Virus record (IMG/VR): IMGVR_UViG_3300032332_000873
Location: 1-43,000 of that record
Direction: 5' to 3' (one strand)
Source of the DNA: a virus
Lineage: Duplodnaviria > Caudoviricetes
DNA: 43,000 nucleotides
In this document: positions 7,530 to 16,134 of the stretch, one piece after another
Numbering within the stretch: position 1 is the first letter of the stretch
Layout: each line of letters begins with the position of its first letter
Program-made: the position numbers and the translations under genes
The notes under the pieces: model-generated
Databases searched by the model: none
What the model was told of the DNA's origin: nothing
What the model saw: only the letters and a program-made list of their open reading frames with translations

Positions 7530-8645
7530 ATGTTCACTAACCTTGGGTTTCATGGCAAAGGGATGGTTGCAATTCCAGATGTATCTGGACTTTCGCTCAC
7601 AGCAGCACAAGAATTAATTACTTCATATGGGTTAAGACTTGGATCAGCATATTCTATTGGAAATTCTAGAGGGGCTTCATCAGCAAATAATAATCTTGCT
7701 GCAGGGGCTAGATTGCAAACATATATCTGTGATTCAAATGCTATCAACTGCAATAACCACGGCCTTCTTGTCGATTATGAAACTACTATAGATTTAGATT
7801 CATACCTTTATGTTGCACCAACAACTGCTGCAACAACTGCTGCAACTACTCAAGCAACTTCTGCTCCTGGAGGAGGGGGAACCTCTGCACCAACAACTGC
7901 TGCACCACCTTCTTGGACATGGGGTCCTTGTGAAACATATCAGGTTACATATCCACAATGCCAAGGAGAAGATGTTTATAATGCAATTTGGGAAGGAACA
8001 AGAAGAAAGCGTTCCGATGGAGAGATCTATGAAGTTTGCACATCACCAACATGGACTGGAGTTTGGGGAGGCTGTATAGCCACCAATAATTCTGGCTGTG
8101 GAGGATCTGGAGGAGCAGGAACATCTCCGTGTGCAGCAGCACCAGCCCCAACGATTACCTATGGACCATGCCAAAATGCTGGATTAACAGAAGTTGAAAG
8201 TGGATGTCTTGGAACACAACTAAGAGTAAAATCATATATGGCTCGAGTTGCTCCAGTATATTCAAATGGAGTTGCAACAGGAACATTTGATGATGCTGTT
8301 TGTACAGATACATATTTGGGCACAAATTATGTTCAAATAGATGGTATCTGTGGCTATGAATCAACCACAGCAACTCAAGGAACCACAGCATCAACTGCTT
8401 CAACTGCTGCTCCAACCAAGTGGTGTAACTCACTTGGAGAGTATATTGGAATTAATGATTATTGCCCTGGTGGAGGTACTGTTGCAACCACAGCAGCCAC
8501 AACTGCTGCCACAACTGCTGCTACAACTGCTGCTACAACCGCAGCAACGACTGCAGCAACTGCTGCATGTAGTTCAAATCTAAATACTTATGCTGGATGT
8601 ACATGTAACGGCGGTATTTGGAGATCTGCTGGGTGTATGATTTAA
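7530..8645 (+). CDS. PASTA-like N-terminus, Cys-rich domains and Thr/Ala mucin-like repeats; putative adhesin or fibre tip
   Basis: VAIPDVSGLSLTAAQELITSYGLRLG matches the PASTA pattern; 18 Cys; (TTAA)n tracts. Confidence 0.6.
   Translation: MFTNLGFHGKGMVAIPDVSGLSLTAAQELITSYGLRLGSAYSIGNSRGASSANNNLAAGARLQTYICDSNAINCNNHGLLVDYETTIDLDSYLYVAPTTAATTAATTQATSAPGGGGTSAPTTAAPPSWTWGPCETYQVTYPQCQGEDVYNAIWEGTRRKRSDGEIYEVCTSPTWTGVWGGCIATNNSGCGGSGGAGTSPCAAAPAPTITYGPCQNAGLTEVESGCLGTQLRVKSYMARVAPVYSNGVATGTFDDAVCTDTYLGTNYVQIDGICGYESTTATQGTTASTASTAAPTKWCNSLGEYIGINDYCPGGGTVATTAATTAATTAATTAATTAATTAATAACSSNLNTYAGCTCNGGIWRSAGCMI
8487..8567 (+). repeat. 12-bp coding tandem repeat, (TTAA)6-TAA in protein
   Basis: ACN ACN GCN GCN units with synonymous variation. 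Confidence 0.9.
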
Positions 8646-8676
8646 TGACTATGGTACAATTATATAGGAGGAAAAA

Positions 8677-8892
8677 ATGACAACAAAAAAATATGCTTTT
8701 ATTAATGGAAGCACAAATACTGTATTTACTACAATGCTTTTTGATGAACTAGAAACAGAAAATCCAGCAATGGTTTTAGTAATGATAGAAGGACTTTCTT
8801 CTAATCCAAAAATAGTAGAAGTTCCATCAGATAGTGAAGTAGCAAGAGGATGGTCTTATGACGGAACCTCTTTTAGTAATGGAGTAAATTAA
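8677..8892 (+). CDS. small hypothetical protein (GLSSNP...W.YDGTSF), possible fibre assembly factor
   Basis: TGGTACAAT 8652-8660 and GGAGG SD; paralog immediately downstream. Confidence 0.7.
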   Translation: MTTKKYAFINGSTNTVFTTMLFDELETENPAMVLVMIEGLSSNPKIVEVPSDSEVARGWSYDGTSFSNGVN

Positions 8893-9130
8893 AATTATAT
8901 CAAAGTCAGATCTTACAGGAGACACCTATATAGTTTTAGTAGAAGGTGAATATGCTGGATGGTTAAATATACCAAAAGGTACTCCAGATACTCAAATTTT
9001 AAGAGCAGGACTTTCAAGTAACCCCACGATTGTTGAAATTACTAACCTCCCAATTGATATTAAAGACTTGCCAGCACAAGCAAGTGGACAATATTGGAAT
9101 GGCACAACTTTTTCAAATATAAAGGAGTAA
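8888..9130 (+). CDS. paralog of 8677..8892 with no canonical start codon at its 5' end (ATT start or pseudogene); not in ORF track
   Basis: 80 open codons ...LRAGLSSNPTIVEITN...YWNGTTFSNIKE*; preceded in frame by ATG GAG TAA; GGAG at 8881-8884. Confidence 0.55.
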   Translation: MKIISKSDLTGDTYIVLVEGEYAGWLNIPKGTPDTQILRAGLSSNPTIVEITNLPIDIKDLPAQASGQYWNGTTFSNIKE

Positions 9131-9133
9131 TCA

Positions 9134-9373
9134 ATGGTTTCAAAATGGCAAGTTTTAAAACAAAATTTATTGGATCCAGACGCAGTTAAACCCTGGGATG
9201 TGTTAAACCCAAATGTTGCCTGGGCTCCAGAAGATATTTCAAACTCAAGATTTGATATTTGCAAGTCTTGTCCTGAATTAATTAGCCTAACATCACAATG
9301 CAAACAATGCGGGTGCATAATGAAAATAAAAACAAAACTACAGGAAGCCACATGCCCATTAGGGAAATGGTAA
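9134..9373 (+). CDS. Cys-rich small protein (DUF6171-like; CKSC...CKQCGC...CPLGKW)
   Basis: motif R..IC..C......C..CGC....K......CP..KW; AAGGAG upstream. Confidence 0.6.
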   Translation: MVSKWQVLKQNLLDPDAVKPWDVLNPNVAWAPEDISNSRFDICKSCPELISLTSQCKQCGCIMKIKTKLQEATCPLGKW

Positions 9374-9374
9374 A

Positions 9375-10280
9375 GTGTCTAGTATATTTGTACAAATTTC
9401 CTCATATCACGACCACGAACTTGGCCCAACAATATATAACCTTTTAGAAAAATCTTCTCATAAACATCAAATAAATGTTGGTGTTCACTATATATATCAT
9501 GAAGTAGATAATGTAAAAATACCAGATTTGCCAAATGTCAAAGTTATAAAAAGCAAGGCCCCAGACAATCTTGGCATGGGTCTTGGAAGACTAATTGCTC
9601 ATGGTTTTTATAATGACGAAGACTATTATTTACAGATAGACTCTCACAGCAGGTTTGACGATAACTGGGACGAAAAAGCAATAAACTCTATTAAAGAGTA
9701 TCAGGCTTTAGGATTTAAAAAACCACTAATCACACAATACCCAAAAAATTATTGGCATGATGGTGTAAATATAATGCATGACAAAAATAATAATCGTAGT
9801 AAGATTTCTTTTAAAGAAACTGGAGACTGGTTTAAGAATATGCGTATTGTAAAAAATACAGCAATTATTCTTGCTGAAGATCAAAAAGAAATTTTTACAA
9901 AATCTGTTTCTGGAGGATCAATTTTTACTGTTGGAGGGTTTATACAGCCAAACCCAAAAATAGTAGCAACGGGGGAAGAGATATTTATTGCAGCCCGTGC
10001 ATATACAAATGGCTATGATCTTTTAATTCCACATGAAGATTTCATGTATCATTTGTATTATAGTTATGATAAACCTCTTATAAATAATAGAAGATTAATT
10101 TGGAATGACTATACAGACCTTATAGATAAAATGGAGATATCCTCTAAAAAAGAAATTTTTGATATATTTACAAACAAAGTCGTTGGGCCTTTTGAACTTG
10201 GATTAGAAAGGACTTTAGATCAGTTTGGAGTTTATGCTCATTTAGATTTTAAGAATGGAGAACTGCTTGAAGAATGTTAA
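9375..10280 (+). CDS. GT60/GlcNAc-type glycosyltransferase (Skp1-hydroxyproline or polypeptide alpha-GlcNAc transferase-like)
   Basis: SIFVQISSYHDHEL, YYLQIDSHSRFDDNWD, LITQYP, GEEIFIAARAYTNGYDLLIP, YHLY are the characteristic motifs. Confidence 0.8.
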   Translation: MSSIFVQISSYHDHELGPTIYNLLEKSSHKHQINVGVHYIYHEVDNVKIPDLPNVKVIKSKAPDNLGMGLGRLIAHGFYNDEDYYLQIDSHSRFDDNWDEKAINSIKEYQALGFKKPLITQYPKNYWHDGVNIMHDKNNNRSKISFKETGDWFKNMRIVKNTAIILAEDQKEIFTKSVSGGSIFTVGGFIQPNPKIVATGEEIFIAARAYTNGYDLLIPHEDFMYHLYYSYDKPLINNRRLIWNDYTDLIDKMEISSKKEIFDIFTNKVVGPFELGLERTLDQFGVYAHLDFKNGELLEEC

Positions 10281-11103
10281 GGTTGCAATAACTGGATCTT
10301 CTGGCTATGTTGGAAGTGCAACTTCTAGACTATTAAAAGAAAACAATTTTTCTGTAGTTGGTTTGGATGTTTGGGGCAAAAAAAATTCTTTTATTTTTTG
10401 TGATCTTTTAGATTATAAGTCTGTTAAATCAACACTAAATGGAGTTGACATTGTAATACACCTAGCAGCACAAAAATCAATTGAAGAGTCAATAAAAAAT
10501 CCAGAGTCTTATTTTAATAATAACACTGGGTCATCAGAAAATGTTTTTAGGGTTTGCAGTGAATTAGATATCCCAGTTCTAAATGCATCATCGGCAGCCG
10601 TATATGGAGAAGAAAACCCATATAGTGCAAGTAAGTTAAGTGCTGAAAGAATGCTTGATGAATTTAATTTAAACTATATAAATCTAAGATATTTTAACAT
10701 AGGTGGGCTGATATCAAAACCAGGTCAAACACAAATAGGTAATATTTTTGATAAGATAAGGATTGCTGTAAAAAATAATGAAACTTTCCAGGTTCACTCT
10801 CAAACATCTGGAAGGTATTACTCTCATATTATTGATATTGCCAACCACAATCTTGCAGGCATATGTGATTTGCTAGATGGTTCTGATAATGCTTCTTATG
10901 ATGTAGCCTCTGATATTTTCTGTACCCCAAAAGAAATTTTATCTGTTTATAGCGAACTTGGAGTAGAGGTTAAATATGAGAATATCCAATCAAAGAAAGA
11001 AGACCCCATATTGCCTGGGGTCTCCTTGCCATGTTTAAATAAATCCTGCTCTTATTCAATCAAAGATATTGTCGAGTCAGAAATTAGGCTTGGACTTACT
11101 TAG
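10255..11103 (+). CDS. NAD-dependent epimerase/dehydratase (UDP-glucose 4-epimerase-like extended SDR)
   Basis: GSSGYVG Rossmann motif, VIHLAA, SSAAVYG, YSASK catalytic YxxxK, LRYFN. Confidence 0.85.
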   Translation: MENCLKNVKVAITGSSGYVGSATSRLLKENNFSVVGLDVWGKKNSFIFCDLLDYKSVKSTLNGVDIVIHLAAQKSIEESIKNPESYFNNNTGSSENVFRVCSELDIPVLNASSAAVYGEENPYSASKLSAERMLDEFNLNYINLRYFNIGGLISKPGQTQIGNIFDKIRIAVKNNETFQVHSQTSGRYYSHIIDIANHNLAGICDLLDGSDNASYDVASDIFCTPKEILSVYSELGVEVKYENIQSKKEDPILPGVSLPCLNKSCSYSIKDIVESEIRLGLT

Positions 11104-11650
11104 GAAACTTATTCATCCACATTCTGGTCTTGGGGGTAATACCCTTCCAAGAAGACCAATCATCTCCACCACTTGTCATGTAGTATGCAATCTCTGCATT
11201 CTTGACGGGATTGAAGAGTTCAGCGTTAGAGTCAAGATCAAACTTGGTTCTACGATCAGGACCAAGGGTATCAATCATATTAATTTGGAACATACCATAA
11301 GACGAGTCCCCAGTCTTGTGATTGCCATTAAAAGCCAATGGTCTTCCATTAGATTCTTTTTTAGCAACTGCCCATGCAACTACAAGGTCTTTACCTTTAA
11401 AGCCAACCAAAGATAGCAATTCTTTAAGTTCCAAATCAGTAAGAGATGTTTTATTTTCAAAACTCTCTAGTCTTTTTGCTTTAGAAACCAAAAAAACCTC
11501 TTTCGAGGCGTTTTGTGATGACTGAGCCTGTTCCAGGCTTAAATTATTTTTCGTATTATTAGCATTAGCAGAGTTTATTGATGTTCCAATCAACAGACTA
11601 ATACTGAGTATGCTGATGATTTCCTTGTTTCTTTCGATCCATTTAATCAT
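11096..11650 (-). CDS. exported lytic transglycosylase/lysozyme-like (SLT/Rpf-like) protein
   Basis: AWAVAKKESNG (catalytic Glu), SYGMFQIN, NAEIAY, WSSW; N-terminal signal/TM ending ANA; AAGGAGG SD before ATG 11650; TGTTATACT promoter at 11699-11707 (-). Confidence 0.8.
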   Translation of the reverse strand: MIKWIERNKEIISILSISLLIGTSINSANANNTKNNLSLEQAQSSQNASKEVFLVSKAKRLESFENKTSLTDLELKELLSLVGFKGKDLVVAWAVAKKESNGRPLAFNGNHKTGDSSYGMFQINMIDTLGPDRRTKFDLDSNAELFNPVKNAEIAYYMTSGGDDWSSWKGITPKTRMWMNKFPK

Positions 11651-11754
11651 AGTTTCCTCCTTAGAAAACAATAACACCCTGGTAGGTGTCTACTACCAAG
11701 TATAACACAAATTTTGCTAAAAAGTCAACTTTAGGGCATGGTATAATAAATAGT

Positions 11755-12306
11755 ATGGCGACTGAAGAAACATACTCAAAATCAGGTAAATATCAAATTC
11801 CATTTCCTACAGATGCTTCTCCTGTAGATGTTACTGGAGATATTAAGAGATTAGTCGACAAACTTGAAAATATTTTACCACCGCTAGGCGTTTCATATTT
11901 TGAGATTGCAGTAAGAAATGAAACTGGTAGCGCAATTCTTGCGGGAACACCAGTATATGCAACTGGATCAACATCAGATGGCTTAGGTGAAAATATAAAA
12001 ACAAAAATTGCAAAGTCAACACCAGATCAAGCAAAGCCAATACTAGGATTAACAAAGACACAACTTGGAAATAACTCTGATGGAATTGTTGTTGTTGCTG
12101 GAGTTTTAGAAGGAATTAATACATCTGCCTTTTTAGCAGGAGATGTTTTATATGTAGCAATTGGCGGAGGTTTGACAAATGTCAAGCCATCTGGATCGGG
12201 AGCAGCAATAGGAATTGTTGGACATACTGGTTCAACAAATGGTATTGTAATAGTTCAAGCAAAGGGCAATGGAACCTGGGGCGCATTAGCCAGTGGGCTA
12301 TCCTAA
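11755..12306 (+). CDS. virion protein (capsid-cement or fibre-like beta domain), leaderless
   Basis: RNETGSAILAGTPVY...G..V..G......F.AGD.LYV..GG.LT..KP pattern; start reassigned to 11755, 7 nt after TGGTATAAT 11739-11747. Confidence 0.6.
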   Translation: MATEETYSKSGKYQIPFPTDASPVDVTGDIKRLVDKLENILPPLGVSYFEIAVRNETGSAILAGTPVYATGSTSDGLGENIKTKIAKSTPDQAKPILGLTKTQLGNNSDGIVVVAGVLEGINTSAFLAGDVLYVAIGGGLTNVKPSGSGAAIGIVGHTGSTNGIVIVQAKGNGTWGALASGLS

Positions 12307-12324
12307 TAGTGGTATAATCAGAAC

Positions 12325-12732
12325 ATGCCAACACTAAGAACAACTACAGTTACGTCATCTCAAGTAACTAATGCCAATGGCGAGATTGAGATTGGAGCAG
12401 CCCCACCAATTGTTAGATGGACAATTGTAAAGGGAGATAGTGCATCTTTTAGAATTTATGTTGAAGACGATAAGCAAATTGCAATTAACCCAAACGACTA
12501 TTCAATTAAGGCTGACTTTAGAAGAGGATCAGAACTATTATTTTCAACTGTTCCCTCAAAAACAGCATTTGATCTTGCAGGAGAATTTACAGTATACCTA
12601 GCACCAGGGCAAGCCAAACTTTTATCAACAGGAGATATTTTTGACGTACAGTTATCAGACCCAGTAGTGGTTTGGACTGTTTGCAGAGGCGTTATGAACG
12701 TCATTGCAGAAGTAACGGATAGAACGGTTTAA
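12325..12732 (+). CDS. Ig-like virion protein (BppU-N-like, KGDS motif), leaderless
   Basis: RWTIVKGDSASFRI...FDVQL...VWTV; TGGTATAAT 12310-12318 lies 6 nt before ATG. Confidence 0.6.
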   Translation: MPTLRTTTVTSSQVTNANGEIEIGAAPPIVRWTIVKGDSASFRIYVEDDKQIAINPNDYSIKADFRRGSELLFSTVPSKTAFDLAGEFTVYLAPGQAKLLSTGDIFDVQLSDPVVVWTVCRGVMNVIAEVTDRTV

Positions 12733-12989
12733 TGGCAAGAAGACTTGTTTCCGCAATTATCCCAGTGGTTACTGTTGGACTTGTAAATTTAAACCCTGTA
12801 CCAGATTTAACGATTAATGATTCAAACAAGGTTACTTTTTCAGTAGCCAGTGTACCAAGAAAAGTATTGGCAAATGAAAGTTTGCCTTTCAGACTGCGTA
12901 TATCTAACATAGGTTTAGATGGATATACAAGGCAGAATCCAGCACCGATAGGAGTAGCCATTATTGGATACAGTAATTATATTCTGTAA
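12732..12989 (+). CDS. hypothetical virion-associated protein
   Basis: ORF track; TAATG coupling. Confidence 0.6.
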   Translation: MARRLVSAIIPVVTVGLVNLNPVPDLTINDSNKVTFSVASVPRKVLANESLPFRLRISNIGLDGYTRQNPAPIGVAIIGYSNYIL

Positions 12990-13011
12990 AAAATAATGCT
13001 ATAATAACAAC

Positions 13012-13458
13012 ATGGCCCAAATATCACTCACAGCACTTAAAGAAAAATTCCAGACTGGTGATCGCCCATCGCAGGCAGATTACGAAGATCTAATTGACAC
13101 TACAGCAGCACAAGCAACACGTGCAGGCGTATTTGGCAATAACGACAATACCATCTACGGTATTGAGAATGCATCAGTAATTGATAACTTTGATGCAACT
13201 GAATGGAGAATGGTCAAGTACCTTATCTCTATATCTAAGAATTCTGGTGGCGTAAATAAATACTATGCCACTGAAATGACCATCTTGGTTGACGGAGTAA
13301 ATGTATCTGTCAATGAATTTGGAACTATCGACAATGATGGGAATATGGGAACCATTAATGTCTCTCGCACTGGAAATACCGTAACTTTAACAGTTACTCC
13401 AGACCCTGCGATCAAGCCAATCACTGTACGTTACGCACGTATGGGATTAAAGGCATAA
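13012..13458 (+). CDS. virion protein sharing a domain with the C-terminus of the long fibre, leaderless
   Basis: LKEKFQTGDRPSQADYEDLID N-terminus; KYLIS...TEMTIL...EFG resembles KVLVK...SELLL...EYA of 13475..15586; TGCTATAAT 12997-13005. Confidence 0.65.
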   Translation: MAQISLTALKEKFQTGDRPSQADYEDLIDTTAAQATRAGVFGNNDNTIYGIENASVIDNFDATEWRMVKYLISISKNSGGVNKYYATEMTILVDGVNVSVNEFGTIDNDGNMGTINVSRTGNTVTLTVTPDPAIKPITVRYARMGLKA

Positions 13459-13474
13459 TAAGGAGATATAAAAA

Positions 13475-15586
13475 ATGGCATCTACAGTAAATAAAGATTT
13501 TAAGATCAAGAATGGTCTTGTCGTTGAAGGCTCATCCGCAACAGTCGGTGGCCAAGACGTACTAACAAAGAAGCAAGCAGACATTGACTACATCGTTTCA
13601 CTTGCTGGTGGCGGAGCAGATTCTGCTAACGTTGCAAACAAGGTAGTAAAGCGTGATGCATCAGGTAACTTTGCAGCAGGAACAATTACTGCAGCATTAA
13701 CTGGTAACGCATCAACAGCATCTGCACTCGCTACACCAAGAGCAATTGCTCTATCTGGAGACGTTTCAGGTACAGTAAACTTTGATGGTTCAGCAGGAGT
13801 TACAATCACAACAACTCTTAACACAGCATTTGCTACAGATGCAGAAGTTGCTACAGCAAAGTCACAGGCTATTGCCTCAGCAGCAACTGACGCTACTACA
13901 AAAGCAGATGCAGCAAAGTCTGGTGCGGAAGCAACAGCAGCCTCAGCACTTTCAACACACGAAGCAGACACAACAAATATTCATGGAATTGCAGATACTG
14001 CACTTCTTGCAACAAAGTCTTATGCTGACGGAAAGGCTTCAGATGCACAGACAGCAGCAACAACCGCTGCAGCATCAGACGCTACCACAAAGGCAAATGC
14101 TGCACAAGCAGCAGCCATCTCAGCAGCAGCAACTGATGCTACTTCAAAGGCTAATGCTGCACAGTCTGCAGCAGCAACTGATGCAACTACTAAGGCTAAC
14201 GCTGCTCAAACAGCAGCAGCATCTGACGCTACTACAAAGGCTAACAATGCAGTAACTTCAGCAAACGGTTACACAGATACAGCGATCTCAACAGAAGTTA
14301 CAAACCGTAACTCTGCTATTACTTCAGCAATTTCAACAGAAGTTACTAACCGTAATACAGCAATTACAACTGCAGTCGCAGCCGTTGTTGACTCAGCACC
14401 TGCACTTCTTAATACACTTAATGAACTTGCAGCAGCACTTGGTAACTCACCAGATACAATTACAAATCTTACTACTTCAATTGGACTAAAGGCTCCATTG
14501 GCATCACCATCATTGACTGGTGTACCTACAGCCCCAACTGCAGCAGCAGATACAAGCACAACTCAAATTGCAACTACAGCATTCGCTAAGGCAGAAGCAG
14601 ATGCAGCCCAGGCTGCAGCAGAATCAACTGCTTCAGCAGACGCTACTTCAAAGGCAAATGCTGCACAGTCTGCAGCAGCAACTGATGCAACTAGCAAGGC
14701 AAATGCTGCACAATCTGCAGCAATCTCAGCAGCAGCAACTGATGCCACAACTAAGGCAGCAACTGCCAAGTCAGAGGCTATCGCAGCAGCAGCAACAGAT
14801 GCTACTACAAAGGCTGACGCAGCAAAGTCATTTGCTACAGCAGCAGATACAACTTTGCGGACAGCAGTTACAACTGATATTGCAACAGCAAAGTCAGAAG
14901 CAATTTCTGCAGCAGCAACAGATGCATCAACTAAGCGTGATGCAGCAAAGACTTATGCTGATGGACTTATTACTACTGAAATCTCAGCACGTAACTCAGC
15001 AATTACTACAGCCGTAGATGCTCTTTCAACTTCAGATATTGAAGAAGGAACAAACAAGTACTTTACAGATGCAAGAGCAGTAGCAGCAACTTCTGGAGCA
15101 ATCACTGCAGCAGTTAATGCAATTAATACAGACGCTATTGAAGAAGGAACTTCAAACCTCTACTTCACAAATGCTCGTGCACTTACAGCAGTTGGCGGAT
15201 CTGTAACAACAGCAATCGCAAATGGAGATGGAACAGCATCACCAACATACCTAGCAGTCAAGTTGGGTACAATTGCAAAGGAATTCGCAGCAACAGTTGC
15301 AGTTCCAACAGCATCAACAGCAACAGCATTCTCTTGGGCACATGCAGATTTCAGATCTGCTAAGGTCCTTGTAAAAATCAAGAATGGAACACACACTGAA
15401 ATCTCAGAGTTACTTCTAACACTTGATACTTCAAATAATATTGCTATCACAGAATACGCACTTGTTGGAACAAATGGCACACTTGCCACAGTTACAGCAG
15501 ACGTAGATGGTGCTAACGCAAGAATTCGGGTAACAACAATTAACGCATCATCAGATGTATTCGTTGCTGGAACTCTTATTGCTTAA
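13475..15586 (+). CDS. long Ala/Thr-rich coiled-coil tail fibre
   Basis: repeats AATDATTKANAAQ, EEGTxNxYFTxARA x2, APxxLxTLNELAAALG; AAGGAG SD. Confidence 0.8.
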   Translation: MASTVNKDFKIKNGLVVEGSSATVGGQDVLTKKQADIDYIVSLAGGGADSANVANKVVKRDASGNFAAGTITAALTGNASTASALATPRAIALSGDVSGTVNFDGSAGVTITTTLNTAFATDAEVATAKSQAIASAATDATTKADAAKSGAEATAASALSTHEADTTNIHGIADTALLATKSYADGKASDAQTAATTAAASDATTKANAAQAAAISAAATDATSKANAAQSAAATDATTKANAAQTAAASDATTKANNAVTSANGYTDTAISTEVTNRNSAITSAISTEVTNRNTAITTAVAAVVDSAPALLNTLNELAAALGNSPDTITNLTTSIGLKAPLASPSLTGVPTAPTAAADTSTTQIATTAFAKAEADAAQAAAESTASADATSKANAAQSAAATDATSKANAAQSAAISAAATDATTKAATAKSEAIAAAATDATTKADAAKSFATAADTTLRTAVTTDIATAKSEAISAAATDASTKRDAAKTYADGLITTEISARNSAITTAVDALSTSDIEEGTNKYFTDARAVAATSGAITAAVNAINTDAIEEGTSNLYFTNARALTAVGGSVTTAIANGDGTASPTYLAVKLGTIAKEFAATVAVPTASTATAFSWAHADFRSAKVLVKIKNGTHTEISELLLTLDTSNNIAITEYALVGTNGTLATVTADVDGANARIRVTTINASSDVFVAGTLIA

Positions 15587-15617
15587 AAAATTAAAATAAT
15601 AAAGGGGCGTGATCACT

Positions 15618-16073
15618 TTGGCTACAGTCAATAAAGACTTCAAAGTAAAAAATGGACTACAGGTCGCAGGAACTGCAGTTTTCGGGGGGACAGTACAGGT
15701 AGCAACACCAGTATCTGCTTCTGATGCAGCAACAAAGGCATACGTAGATTCAAAATCAAGTCAAATGGCTTCAGGTGCAATCGCTCCTTCTAACCCAATA
15801 GAGGGTGCACTTTGGCTAGACTCTCTAACCAATAGAGTTAATGTTTATTCTTCAGCAGGATGGGTAACACTTGCTGCAATCGATGACACATTAAATCTAC
15901 CAGAGCATATCCACGATACAGCAATCGATGGAACAGGGTTTATTGTTACAACATTCCGTGAGGGTGGAAGTTTCAATAGTCCGCAAGGAACAGGTCTCGA
16001 TGGAGGATCTCCAAGTGCAACAACTTGGGAATATTCATTCGATGGTGGTTCAGCAGTAGATAACTTCAATTAA
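15618..16073 (+). CDS. short fibre-associated protein
   Basis: N-terminus ATVNKDFKVKNGL matches STVNKDFKIKNGL of the long fibre; DAATKAYVD and GALWLD fibre motifs; TTG 15618 preferred over GTG 15609. Confidence 0.65.
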   Translation: MATVNKDFKVKNGLQVAGTAVFGGTVQVATPVSASDAATKAYVDSKSSQMASGAIAPSNPIEGALWLDSLTNRVNVYSSAGWVTLAAIDDTLNLPEHIHDTAIDGTGFIVTTFREGGSFNSPQGTGLDGGSPSATTWEYSFDGGSAVDNFN

Positions 16074-16134
16074 AAATTGATGTTATAATAATACAGTAAC
16101 ACATCCGCAGAACGGATTAAGGGGAGAACAAACT

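Noticed and set aside
13782-15017. Gln/Leu-rich ORFs (13782..14255, 14520..15017; similarly 7810..8079, 8341..8583) and antisense Ala/Val ORFs
   Set aside because: Shadow frames of GCA/ACA-rich codons in the real fibre genes
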